Virus record (IMG/VR): IMGVR_UViG_3300020473_000016
Length of the DNA: 64,000 nt
Origin: a virus
Direction: 5' to 3' (one strand)
Under the pieces are notes generated by a model. The model did not search any database and had not been told where the DNA came from. It saw only the letters and a program-made list of their open reading frames with translations. Of this stretch, positions 8,899-17,204 are shown in pieces. The translations under genes were made by a program, and so were the position numbers. The stretch's first letter is position 1, and each line of letters opens with the position of its first letter.

Positions 8899-8996
8899 CC
8901 CGTTCCTTCAGTCGGCTTTTGCGTCCTCCGAAGAGGATGAACGATTCCGTTCCGAGTCGGCTTACTTGCGACCTGAATATATCAGGTTGAACGATT
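8899..8996 (-). ncRNA. Tandem glutamine riboswitch-like aptamers (glnA / Downstream-peptide class)
   Basis: Two units: AATCGTTCA-ACCTGA..TCAGGT-CGCAAGTAAGCCGACTCGGAACG and AATCGTTCA-TCCTC-TTCG-GAGGA-CGCAAAAGCCGACTGAAGGAACG; CGTT/AACG closing stems; upstream of DUF4278. Confidence 0.75.
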
Positions 8997-9002
8997 GTGT
9001 TA

Positions 9003-9031
9003 ATACTAACACATGTATATTATATAGTCAA
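9003..9031 (-). promoter_or_regulatory. Sigma70-type promoter for riboswitch-DUF4278 transcript
   Basis: TTGACT-17-TAGTAT placing the start about 7 nt before the first aptamer. Confidence 0.7.
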
Positions 9032-9067
9032 GTAGAAGTGTGTAATCTGATACAATTTAATAATATT

Positions 9068-9274
9068 TTAATCTTGTTTTGCTTCTTGGATTGCCTCTTT
9101 AATTACTGTCTTCAACTGTCTCAACTTCTTCTTACCAAGACCTGCTCGTGTATCTATCTTGACCTTCAACCAATACACAAAGGCAAGTACCAGTATGAAC
9201 TGAATACCTTCACCCCATGATAGATTCCACGCTTCATTCAAGTCAAGCGTTGCTGCTGCTAATAAATTAATCAT
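9068..9274 (-). CDS. Small membrane protein
   Basis: One TM helix GIQFILVLAFVYWL followed by basic tail. Confidence 0.6.
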   Translation of the reverse strand: MINLLAAATLDLNEAWNLSWGEGIQFILVLAFVYWLKVKIDTRAGLGKKKLRQLKTVIKEAIQEAKQD

Positions 9275-9283
9275 TTAATTCTC

Positions 9284-9586
9284 CTATGATACTTTACTTC
9301 CATATGTACCTGCCTCTGTTGAGTCAGGATTATCTTTTAGGTATTGAACATAACTAAACCCTGATCCCTCTGGATATATGTATTTACCATTCTCATCAAA
9401 GTTAGGTAGCTTTGACCTTGACTCTGCTGATGAGTATGTGGGTTTGGGTCTCTTCCCTTCTCTTATCTCTCTACCTATTCTTTTTCTTAACTCATTACCA
9501 GTCTCGTGACCTTCAGGCATAGTTGGCCAAGAGGATCCTAAGATCTCCTTGATCATTTCCCTAGTGTAACCGTTAGGATGACTCAT
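9284..9586 (-). CDS. Hypothetical protein
   Basis: 100 aa ORF in operon context. Confidence 0.6.
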   Translation of the reverse strand: MSHPNGYTREMIKEILGSSWPTMPEGHETGNELRKRIGREIREGKRPKPTYSSAESRSKLPNFDENGKYIYPEGSGFSYVQYLKDNPDSTEAGTYGSKVS

Positions 9587-9761
9587 TATTTAGTAACAAT
9601 CTATGTGCAATACCTCTAGCATGTGAATTATTCTCACACAATTTGTTCATCCAAATCCTTTCTTCTAATGTCACAGGCACACCATCTGTTGTAATCATTC
9701 TACAACAGATGTCCGTAAGCTCTAATCTATACTTGGTTGATAGCATGTTAACACCCTGCAA
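9573..9761 (-). CDS. Hypothetical protein
   Basis: MLSTKYRLELTDICCR..VTLEERIWMNKL; overlapping neighbours. Confidence 0.55.
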   Translation of the reverse strand: MQGVNMLSTKYRLELTDICCRMITTDGVPVTLEERIWMNKLCENNSHARGIAHRLLLNNESS

Positions 9762-10014
9762 GATAGAAAGAAGTACCTCTTGCTTTATTAACTCTCTTCA
9801 CAGTAGCATCATAGTTTCCTTCAGGAAACACTAACCCTCTAGCAAAATCAAAAGCAGTTTTATACTTCACAAACTTGAACACTTCATCGTATGTAGATGC
9901 AGATACAAGAACACCATCACTGTTCTGTCTCCTCATAACTTTCCAGTTAGTTTGGTCTCCAGTCTTACAATAATAAATGCACCAATGACCTCTTGGATCT
10001 GAATCTATATCCAT
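9748..10014 (-). CDS. Hypothetical protein
   Basis: 88 aa ORF; TAATG coupling. Confidence 0.55.
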   Translation of the reverse strand: MDIDSDPRGHWCIYYCKTGDQTNWKVMRRQNSDGVLVSASTYDEVFKFVKYKTAFDFARGLVFPEGNYDATVKRVNKARGTSFYLAGC

Positions 10015-10301
10015 TATTCTCCCTCTGGTTGTTGTTGGATTTTCTTTCTTTTTTTCTTAGGTGGTGTAGCAGCAGTAGGATTCCACATGTTAGGTTTCTG
10101 TCTACCTTCACTCTGCTTCAACCACTTCAATCCCTTCTTATACTTATCATAGTATGTGTCAAATATTTCTACTTGACTGTCACCCATAGCAATGTCATGT
10201 TCTACCTTACCCTCATGTTCATACTGTATTAAGTATGCAGTGTAAGGTAGTTTCTTATCTTGTGCTAGTTTAGGGTCACACTTTTCATGTATTATTTTCA
10301 A
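10014..10301 (-). CDS. Hypothetical protein
   Basis: 95 aa ORF; ATGA coupling. Confidence 0.6.
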   Translation of the reverse strand: MKIIHEKCDPKLAQDKKLPYTAYLIQYEHEGKVEHDIAMGDSQVEIFDTYYDKYKKGLKWLKQSEGRQKPNMWNPTAATPPKKKRKKIQQQPEGE

Positions 10302-10729
10302 CTTCTATTCCCCCATGATATTTGTGGAAACGCTTCTTCGACACACTGGCGTGTGATCTTCCAACGCTTACCGATCTTTCTATCTTTCATAAGAGATAGA
10401 ACCTCTGCCTCTTTTGCGTGTAGTCCCTCTAGCAATTGAATGAACAAAGTCTCACGTCTTGTTTGACTTATGTTAGCACCACCTTTAAAGAACAGATAGA
10501 GTTTACGATACTCTTGGATGAGTTGCGTATGCTCTGTACCTTCTGGTGCTTCATTCTTTTTGTACGGAACATCTCCATCTGGGAGCATGGAGATCACACT
10601 CTCATCAAAGTTAGCAATAAGAATTGCCCTCAATGCTGGAGAGTTCATCTGCTGTAAGAGTTTAATCTTTTGTGCTTTGGTTTTCGCATTGCTTACCTTT
10701 TGTAAGACTTCATTAAGTAATAATTGCAT
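10298..10729 (-). CDS. Conserved T4-like phage hypothetical protein
   Basis: NFDESVISMLPDGDVPY..RRETLFIQLLEGLH..EAE motif. Confidence 0.7.
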   Translation of the reverse strand: MQLLLNEVLQKVSNAKTKAQKIKLLQQMNSPALRAILIANFDESVISMLPDGDVPYKKNEAPEGTEHTQLIQEYRKLYLFFKGGANISQTRRETLFIQLLEGLHAKEAEVLSLMKDRKIGKRWKITRQCVEEAFPQISWGNRS

Positions 10730-10759
10730 GATCTATAGTTAGTTTCCTGTTATGATTAT

Positions 10760-10996
10760 TTATTCCTCATCTTCTTCCGCACTTTCATTTAAGAAACGGA
10801 CAGTAAGGAGTTCTTCATTGATCCAATGACCATTATCATCTAGCATCTCTGGATGAATATAGTCAACCTCTTCTTCCTGTGCTGCATACAAGAACTGATT
10901 TGTCTTGTCGTTCCATATCCAACCAACAACACCTCCAATTAATAAGAAGACTAATGATATTGCTGCTGAAAAATAAATCAAGATTGATGAATCCAT
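10760..10996 (-). CDS. Small membrane protein with acidic tail
   Basis: N-terminal TM helix; HPEMLDDNG..EELLTVRF motif. Confidence 0.6.
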   Translation of the reverse strand: MDSSILIYFSAAISLVFLLIGGVVGWIWNDKTNQFLYAAQEEEVDYIHPEMLDDNGHWINEELLTVRFLNESAEEDEE

Positions 10997-11008
10997 GTCA
11001 ACTCCGTG

Positions 11009-11170
11009 CTAAGTTTTCTTTTCCCACCTAATTTCAAAGTTGAAGTAGACTCTTCTCTTTAGGAAGTTTAATGTTTTATTAATCTCAAACCCTTTAGGTT
11101 TGATTTGTTCCTTCGGTTTAGCCCTCCTAAGCATGAGCTCTATACCTTTATTTATTTTAAGTTCACTCAT
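11009..11170 (-). CDS. Small basic protein, 53 aa (absent from ORF track)
   Basis: Hand translation MSELKINKGIELMLRR..YFNFEIRWEKKT; ATGA overlap with glutaredoxin stop. Confidence 0.55.
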   Translation of the reverse strand: MSELKINKGIELMLRRAKPKEQIKPKGFEINKTLNFLKRRVYFNFEIRWEKKT

Positions 11171-11430
11171 TTCTTTTTAGTACTTACCAATCCTTTATCA
11201 AGAAAGACTTTAGCAGCCTCGACAAGACCACCAACAGGTTCGTCATCTAGTATAACATATGGAAACCCTTTAGCATTAGTATATGCTGCGGTGAAATCAA
11301 ACATTGATATAGTACAACCATCTTCTTCTCCAACAAGTATCTTCTCATAAGGAAGACCTGCTCTATCACACAACTGTTCCATTGTAGCACAGTGAGCACA
11401 CCCACGAATGGTATAAAATTTTATCTTCAT
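11167..11430 (-). CDS. Glutaredoxin-like protein (CAHC)
   Basis: YTIRGCAHC, FPYVILDDEPVGG. Confidence 0.85.
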   Translation of the reverse strand: MKIKFYTIRGCAHCATMEQLCDRAGLPYEKILVGEEDGCTISMFDFTAAYTNAKGFPYVILDDEPVGGLVEAAKVFLDKGLVSTKKK

Positions 11431-12191
11431 GTCTTTAATTGATTTAATATATGTGTGTATGCATTCATTATATTACCTGTCTCTTTTCTAAACAGATCTT
11501 TATCAAAACTTTCATTAGTTTCATCCTCCCATAGACGCATACTATCTGGTGATAGTTCATCTGCTAGAAGTAAATTTTTATCTGCATCATATCCGAACTC
11601 TAATTTAAAGTCAACTAATGTCAACCCAATAGATGTAAAGACATCCTTAAGAATATTATTAACCTCCATTGCTACTACCTCCATCTCACCTATGGTATCC
11701 ATATCATATCCCATCTCTATCACACGTTGTGTTGTTAAAAGTGGATCATCTTTCTCATCATCCTTCAAATACAACTCAACCAATGGCCATTTAAACTGAG
11801 TCCTTTCTTTAATAGTTGTCTGTCTAACTATAGATCCAGCAGCAATATTTCTAACCACAACTTCAATTGGAATAATATCAACCTTCTTACATAACATAGT
11901 ATTAAAACCCTGAGTACCTAAGTAATGAGTTTTAATTCCATACTCCTCTAACTTCTCAAATAATAATGCTGAGATGAGACAACATACCTTACCTTTATCT
12001 TCAGGGAAATCTACCTTTCTACCATTACCAGCAGTGACCTTATCATGAAAATGTATATACACTTTATCAGGTTCATCTGCCATACGATAAAGAGATTTTA
12101 CTTTACCTTCACTCAACAAACATTCTGCTAATAATATAGGTGCTCCCTTAGTATAGAAAACATTTGGTTGTTCTTTACAATCTCCACTCAT
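11427..12191 (-). CDS. purC: SAICAR synthetase
   Basis: EGKVKSLY, IPIEVVVRNIAAGS, KDDEKDDPL, LVDFKLEFG, LADELSPDSMRLW, FDKDLFR. Confidence 0.95.
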   Translation of the reverse strand: MSGDCKEQPNVFYTKGAPILLAECLLSEGKVKSLYRMADEPDKVYIHFHDKVTAGNGRKVDFPEDKGKVCCLISALLFEKLEEYGIKTHYLGTQGFNTMLCKKVDIIPIEVVVRNIAAGSIVRQTTIKERTQFKWPLVELYLKDDEKDDPLLTTQRVIEMGYDMDTIGEMEVVAMEVNNILKDVFTSIGLTLVDFKLEFGYDADKNLLLADELSPDSMRLWEDETNESFDKDLFRKETGNIMNAYTHILNQLKT

Positions 12192-12370
12192 ACTTCATAC
12201 CCTTTACGTAATTTCCAATCGGCATACATCCTACCGAATACCATACCCTCATGAGATTTCATCTCTGCACCATCGAGAAGTTCCTTCTCTCTTTTATTTA
12301 AGGTGACTCCATTCATAGTGGGATACTCCTTTTCCCACTGCTGAATCTCTTCAATCATTTTATTATCCAT
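12188..12370 (-). CDS. Hypothetical protein
   Basis: Likely start MDNKMIEE just after the psbA terminator. Confidence 0.5.
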   Translation of the reverse strand: MDNKMIEEIQQWEKEYPTMNGVTLNKREKELLDGAEMKSHEGMVFGRMYADWKLRKGYEV

Positions 12371-12398
12371 AAAAAAATGGGAGGTTTGACCCTCCCAT
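12371..12398 (-). terminator. psbA intrinsic terminator
   Basis: ATGGGAGG-gtcaaa-CCTCCCAT followed by TTTTTT. Confidence 0.85.
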
Positions 12399-12422
12399 CT
12401 TATCATATCACGCAGATTATTG

Positions 12423-13505
12423 TCAACCTACTGATGGAGCAACAAGTGCAACTTCAGATGTCTCAGCAGATGCTAAGTCAAGTGGGAAGTTGTGAGCATT
12501 ACGCTCGTGCATTACTTCCATACCCAAGTTTGCTCTGTTAAGAACATCACCCCAAGTAGGAACAACTTTACCATTTGTGTCTACAACAGACTGGTTGAAG
12601 TTGAAACCGTTAAGGTTGAATGCCATTGTACAGATACCCATAGAGGTTAACCATACACAGACCACAGGGAATGTAGCAAGGAAGAAGTGAAGTGAACGAC
12701 TGTTGTTGAATGATGCATACTGGAAGATTAATCTACCAAAGTATCCATGAGCAGCAACAATGTTATAAGTCTCTTCTTCTTGTCCAAACTTATAACCATA
12801 GTTTTGTGATTCAAGTCCAGTTGTCTCTCTGATTAGAGAAGATGTAACTAGTGAACCATGCATAGCAGAGAACAATGCTCCACCAAACATACCTGCAACA
12901 CCTGCCATGTGGAAGGGGTGCATTAGAATGTTGTGTTCTGCTTGGAACACAAACATAAAGTTAAACGTACCTGATATACCTAGAGGCATTCCATCAGAGA
13001 AAGATCCCTGACCAAATGGATACACTAGGAACACTGCGAATGCAGCAGATACTGGTGCAGAGTAAGCAACACAAATCCAAGGACGCATACCTAAACGGTA
13101 GGATAGTTCCCACTGTCTTCCCATGTATGCTGAGATACCTATAAGGAAGTGGAAGATTACTAACTGATATGGACCTCCATTATACAACCACTCATCTAGA
13201 GTAGCAGCTTCCCATATGGGATAGAAGTGAAGTCCGATTGCGTTACTTGAAGGGACAACAGCACCAGAAATGATGTTGTTACCAAACATTAAAGAACCAG
13301 CAACAGGTTCTCTGATTCCGTCTATATCGACAGGAGGAGCAGCGATAAAAGCTACGATGAAACAAGTTGTTGCTGCCAATAGGCATGGGATCATCAAGAC
13401 ACCGAACCAACCAACATAAATGCGGTTTTCTGTGCTTGTAACCCACTCGCAAAACTCAGACCATCCAGCTAATAACCCTTGCTCTTTTCTTGAAAGAGTT
13501 GTCAT
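12423..13505 (-). CDS. psbA: Photosystem II D1 protein, Prochlorococcus/phage type (Q130), intron-free
   Basis: [25 protein letters not shown]; phage-type loop [15 protein letters not shown]. Confidence 0.99.
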   Translation of the reverse strand: MTTLSRKEQGLLAGWSEFCEWVTSTENRIYVGWFGVLMIPCLLAATTCFIVAFIAAPPVDIDGIREPVAGSLMFGNNIISGAVVPSSNAIGLHFYPIWEAATLDEWLYNGGPYQLVIFHFLIGISAYMGRQWELSYRLGMRPWICVAYSAPVSAAFAVFLVYPFGQGSFSDGMPLGISGTFNFMFVFQAEHNILMHPFHMAGVAGMFGGALFSAMHGSLVTSSLIRETTGLESQNYGYKFGQEEETYNIVAAHGYFGRLIFQYASFNNSRSLHFFLATFPVVCVWLTSMGICTMAFNLNGFNFNQSVVDTNGKVVPTWGDVLNRANLGMEVMHERNAHNFPLDLASAETSEVALVAPSVG

Positions 13506-13640
13506 GATTGCAACTGTAAGTAGGGCTGATAGGGAGTCAGCGGAACTTAGGTTCCTTCAGTACCCTTAAAATCTGAAGGTAGGATGAGAGATATTGTGAC
13601 CCCATGATCTCGGTTAGGGGGATTATATGATGAGCATTTG
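13506..13640 (-). ncRNA. Structured psbA 5' leader, PhotoRC-II-like
   Basis: Long leader with GAGAT/ATCTC, ACCTTCAG/CTGAAGG and GGAAC/GTTCC pairings; position and sequence resemble the PhotoRC-II motif as recalled. Confidence 0.5.
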
Positions 13641-13651
13641 CTCACCGATCT

Positions 13652-13684
13652 ATTTAGTGTAACGCAATGTTAAGCATTTGTCAA
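13652..13684 (-). promoter_or_regulatory. psbA promoter: sigma70 plus late element, with HLR1-like repeat
   Basis: TTGACA-17-TACACT overlapping CTAAATA; TTAACATT-gc-GTTACACT direct repeat. Confidence 0.75.
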
Positions 13685-13709
13685 GACTAATGTGACAGTT
13701 GATACACCG

Positions 13710-14321
13710 TCACCAAGATGAGTTAATAAATGATGTGTCTTCTATGGTTGGAAAATCATCAACATAAGTATACCACCCTGTAATAATATACTTTGTCTGA
13801 GTAGGACTTGGTATACCATGATGAGTATGTGTCCAGTAAGCAGGGAATATTACAAACTTACCTGCTTCTGCATCTATCTTTACCTGATACTCTGGAAAAA
13901 CTGTGCTACCACCATCAGTAATAGTATTCAAATATAAACTCCATCCCATAACTCTATTAGTATCAGGTGATGAGTCTTCACAATGAGTAGCATGGTATCC
14001 TTGATTAGGAAAATACCTTTGAATATTATACTGTGGATCAGCAGACCAACTGGATATAATATCTACACTACGATATTTCTCTCTGTATAATTCTGTACAC
14101 TGATTTATAACTGGCACAAGAATATTACTACAGTCATTATCTACTGTAAGATTCATTAATATATCAGTAGAATCTTTTACACTAGGATTTACTATAGGAT
14201 TTCCATCAACAGCATAACATCCTTTATGATGTCTATCCTCTTGACTTTCAAAGTATTCTATAATCTTTTGACAATCACTAGGTGATACCACCTCATTATA
14301 TGCTTCAATAAAATGTTGCAC
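13710..14321 (-). CDS. 2OG-Fe(II) oxygenase
   Basis: HATHCED, WSLYLN..DGGSTVF, FPAYWTHTHHG, KYIITGW. Confidence 0.88.
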   Translation of the reverse strand: MQHFIEAYNEVVSPSDCQKIIEYFESQEDRHHKGCYAVDGNPIVNPSVKDSTDILMNLTVDNDCSNILVPVINQCTELYREKYRSVDIISSWSADPQYNIQRYFPNQGYHATHCEDSSPDTNRVMGWSLYLNTITDGGSTVFPEYQVKIDAEAGKFVIFPAYWTHTHHGIPSPTQTKYIITGWYTYVDDFPTIEDTSFINSSW

Positions 14322-14572
14322 TATTCATAAGATCTTCTATCAACATCAGTCATAGTTTGACTTGACTTAAAATATTTATTTACAACTTCTACTTGATCAT
14401 CATACCTAGCAATCTTATCAAGTTCAACTTGAATTGCTTCAGTGATATCTGAATGCTCTCCAATACCTGCTGGATGTTCCAAGTATACTTCTACGTTTGC
14501 TCTATGCTTTGCAATTTCTCCTTGAGCATGTGCTAGTACAGCACGTAGTAATTGTTCTCTCATGTGTAACAT
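14321..14572 (-). CDS. Conserved hypothetical protein
   Basis: NVEVYLEHPAGIGEHSDITEAI..ELDKIA motif. Confidence 0.7.
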   Translation of the reverse strand: MLHMREQLLRAVLAHAQGEIAKHRANVEVYLEHPAGIGEHSDITEAIQVELDKIARYDDQVEVVNKYFKSSQTMTDVDRRSYE

Positions 14573-14661
14573 TAGTACAGTTCCTCTTCTTTTCCAAGTT
14601 CTATTATAACATCACTTGTTGGTTTTGCAACACATAATAGTTACAATTATTTATTGAAATG

Positions 14662-14829
14662 TTACTGAGAACGTCTCTCATTGTGTCCATGTGCTATTCC
14701 CAACTCATGCATCCTTGCATGTTCTCCGATGGGATCTCTTAGATCTTTACCACCAACTCCAAAGGTCTGCCATATTCCCAGTCCTACAAGAAGTAATAGT
14801 AAAGCAACTACTATAAAAACTATTATCAT
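14662..14829 (-). CDS. psbN: PsbN-like single-helix protein with His-rich tail
   Basis: TM helix then QTFG..KDLRDPIGEH, matching the PsbN C-terminal pattern FG..LRDP..EH. Confidence 0.65.
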   Translation of the reverse strand: MIIVFIVVALLLLLVGLGIWQTFGVGGKDLRDPIGEHARMHELGIAHGHNERRSQ

Positions 14830-14867
14830 ATTAATCCTAGCGATCCTGCTGTTATACCTACACACAC

Positions 14868-14903
14868 AAAAAATCCAAACTCTAGAAGATCTCTAGAGCC
14901 TGG
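14868..14903 (-). terminator. Probable terminator
   Basis: TCCA..CTCTAGA-gatct-TCTAGAG..TGGA followed by T-run. Confidence 0.55.
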
Positions 14904-14939
14904 AGGAATTGATGTTAATAGTAATGCTAATGGTATCAT

Positions 14940-15221
14940 TTATCCTTGCCAAATTAAATCTGGCATCTGTTGTTGACCTGGTCTATTAGTAACTAAAAGT
15001 ATAAAGTATCCAACAAACCATATAATATTAAACAACCATGCTTGTCTCCAGAGATACTTTCTGATTCCCATAGAAACAAATACATTTCGTACTGCTACAG
15101 GATCATCTTCATTACCTATTGCTCTAAAGATCTGTTCAATTATTACTGCAATGATTGTACCTATCACCAATGGATAGAATACAAAGTTTGCAAATGACAT
15201 GATGCTTATTAAAAAAATCAT
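14940..15221 (-). CDS. Membrane protein with two TM helices
   Basis: Two hydrophobic stretches. Confidence 0.6.
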   Translation of the reverse strand: MIFLISIMSFANFVFYPLVIGTIIAVIIEQIFRAIGNEDDPVAVRNVFVSMGIRKYLWRQAWLFNIIWFVGYFILLVTNRPGQQQMPDLIWQG

Positions 15222-15339
15222 TGGTATACGAAAGAAAGTCCTCCAGTATAGGTGTAGATTGCCAATACTGCTAAAAATAATGCTTGGTACATAGGTAGGT
15301 AAAAATACTCTAATAGTATATAGGTATTTTTACCTCCTG

Positions 15340-15534
15340 TCAAGCCCCAGATGGAACCGTAACTGGTTGCATCTGCTGTACCCTAATACCTTTACCACCA
15401 TCTTGATCATCATCATCATCATTGATTGTTCTTAAGATAAGTTCAACTAATACCAAAACAGCCATAGGGTAGAAGCACCACAAGATGGCTGTTAAAGGTG
15501 ATATACTGTCTGATGCGGCCATTAAGTCGCTCAT
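15340..15534 (-). CDS. Small membrane protein with acidic DDDDD tract
   Basis: TM AILWCFYPMAVLVLVELIL then NDDDDDQDGGKG. Confidence 0.6.
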   Translation of the reverse strand: MSDLMAASDSISPLTAILWCFYPMAVLVLVELILRTINDDDDDQDGGKGIRVQQMQPVTVPSGA

Positions 15535-15586
15535 TTGTTTTCGTTTAAAAATAAAGGTACGAGTTACTATTTAGTTTTGTTAAGTT

Positions 15587-15685
15587 TTAACCGAAGTATT
15601 TAAACTTGGTGTAAAGAGCTATCGCTACCCAGAAGGCCACCATAGTGAACCTTCCGTTTGCTCTAAGAAATATGTCTGCGTTCAT
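15587..15685 (-). CDS. hli: Divergent high-light-inducible-like peptide, 32 aa (absent from ORF track)
   Basis: Hand translation MNADIFLRANGRFTMVAFWVAIALYTKFKYFG; NGRxxM core; TAATG coupling. Confidence 0.6.
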   Translation of the reverse strand: MNADIFLRANGRFTMVAFWVAIALYTKFKYFG

Positions 15686-15792
15686 TAGAATATACCTGGA
15701 ATGATTTGTCCTGTTGTAGCGTATGCTCCGAAGGCTGCAACGAATCCAATCATTGCCATCCATCCATTAAACTTTTCTGCTTCTGGTGTCAT
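15685..15792 (-). CDS. hli: High-light-inducible protein, 35 aa (absent from ORF track)
   Basis: Hand translation MTPEAEKFNGWMAMIGFVAAFGAYATTGQIIPGIF; AExxNGxxAMxG and TGQIIPGIF; SD AAGGAG. Confidence 0.95.
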   Translation of the reverse strand: MTPEAEKFNGWMAMIGFVAAFGAYATTGQIIPGIF

Positions 15793-15872
15793 TGTTTTTT
15801 CTCCTTTCGTTTGATTTGTAATAGGGTTAGAAAGTGACCAGCAATTGCTGGTGGTGTAAGAGACCTTGATAT

Positions 15873-16088
15873 CTAAAAGATACCTGGTATAACTGCTCCA
15901 AATAGGATGTAGTTATGTACTAGTGCGAAGAAACCAATCATGGCTAAGCGACCATTAAGTTGCTCTGCATGTGGACCGTAGCCCTGATAGTCTTCTACGT
16001 ACCGCATAGGTGGTTCAGAAGCAAAGATGTTCTGCTTACCATATTCAGTAGTTGTGTACCTCTTAACAGGGTTTGATGTAGTTGTCAT
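15873..16088 (-). CDS. hli: High-light-inducible protein with N-terminal extension
   Basis: AEQLNGRLAMIGF..IPGIF; start MTTTSNPV. Confidence 0.92.
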   Translation of the reverse strand: MTTTSNPVKRYTTTEYGKQNIFASEPPMRYVEDYQGYGPHAEQLNGRLAMIGFFALVHNYILFGAVIPGIF

Positions 16089-16091
16089 TCT

Positions 16092-16142
16092 TTTGTTAAG
16101 AAACGTAACATAATTATATAGCAAAGATAAAATTCCTGTCAA
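16092..16142 (-). promoter_or_regulatory. hli promoter with downstream HLR1-like repeat
   Basis: TTGACA-18-TATAAT followed by GTTACGTT-tc-TTAACAAA. Confidence 0.65.
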
Positions 16143-16252
16143 GCCCATTAGGTAATGATACCCACACCTCGATAAGAGATACTAAATTATGGCATAAGAA
16201 ATGCTAATGTATAAGGCTATACAATTGTAAAATTGGTAACGAAATACATCAG

Positions 16253-16259
16253 CTAAATA
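16253..16259 (+). promoter_or_regulatory. T4-type late promoter
   Basis: CTAAATA about 25 nt before the plus-strand operon. Confidence 0.55.
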
Positions 16260-16285
16260 AGCTAGGTATATTATCTCTAAAATAA

Positions 16286-16774
16286 ATGAAAAGAATTATT
16301 CCTTTCATGATGTTATTTTTTGCGGGATCTGCTGTACATGCTAATGGATTACACCATAGATTGTCTAGTAGTGTTCAACTAACAACGAACGCAGCTAGTT
16401 CACAGGCAATCAGAGTAGGAAATAGCTATGCTATCTCTGGAACTGGTGTTGATACTAGTGTAGGTGATGATGCTGGATACATAGGTTCTCTAGGAGCTCA
16501 CTCTAGTGGAGTTGCTGCTAACCCAGTAGTCATAGCAGAACAAAAAGTTGACGGAGCAGCATTCAGCTTCTCTCAAAGCTATAATGCTGGCGATGCTGTA
16601 GGATCAGCAATTAATGTTGGTAGTAATCCAGCCTTCGGTAACCTAACAACAGTTGCTGTTGGTAGTGGTACTGGTACTGGTACTGTTACGTCACAACATG
16701 TAGTAACAGCAGTAGGTGGTGGAACAGGAACTGTGACCACTGGACAATTTGTAAGTGAAATAACACTGAACTAA
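16286..16774 (+). CDS. Exported beta-rich hypothetical protein
   Basis: Signal peptide MKRIIPFMMLFFAGSAVHA; Gly/Ser/Thr-rich. Confidence 0.7.
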   Translation: MKRIIPFMMLFFAGSAVHANGLHHRLSSSVQLTTNAASSQAIRVGNSYAISGTGVDTSVGDDAGYIGSLGAHSSGVAANPVVIAEQKVDGAAFSFSQSYNAGDAVGSAINVGSNPAFGNLTTVAVGSGTGTGTVTSQHVVTAVGGGTGTVTTGQFVSEITLN

Positions 16775-16775
16775 A

Positions 16776-17204
16776 ATGAAAAGGATTGTAGCAGTATTAC
16801 TGTTATTACCTTCCCCTGCGTTGGCCGTCCCCGTGGTCCCAAATTTTACGCAGGGTAGTATGACTAGCCATACGGAAACTACGTCTACCGTAACGGAGAC
16901 GATAAATTCGATGGACTATAACACAGGCTGGCAGTACGTAGTTACTGGCACAGGCATTGAAACAGATTCGAGTAGTCTAGCACCAACAGGGACTACTCAG
17001 ACATCAATTACTATAGATGGAGTGACTTCACAATGGAATGGCTTAGACCTAGAAAACAGACCACAGTTCCAACAAGCAGTACCAGGAGCAAGCTTTCAAT
17101 TTTCCGAAAATTATTCTGGACCTGGGCTATCAAATCACACGATAATTCAACGTACCACTACGATTCAAAGCGTAACAGATACAACAAGTACATTCACACA
17201 ATAA
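16776..17204 (+). CDS. Exported hypothetical protein
   Basis: Signal peptide MKRIVAVLLLLPSPALA; VPVVPNFTQGSMTS motif. Confidence 0.7.
   Translation: MKRIVAVLLLLPSPALAVPVVPNFTQGSMTSHTETTSTVTETINSMDYNTGWQYVVTGTGIETDSSSLAPTGTTQTSITIDGVTSQWNGLDLENRPQFQQAVPGASFQFSENYSGPGLSNHTIIQRTTTIQSVTDTTSTFTQ

Noticed and set aside
12423-13505. Group I intron or novel D1 variant in psbA
   Set aside because: Continuous 360 aa ORF with ordinary phage D1 features
15793-15872. Hairpin ACCAGC-AATT-GCTGGT between hli genes as an ncRNA
   Set aside because: Single short stem with no U-tract; at most an mRNA stabiliser
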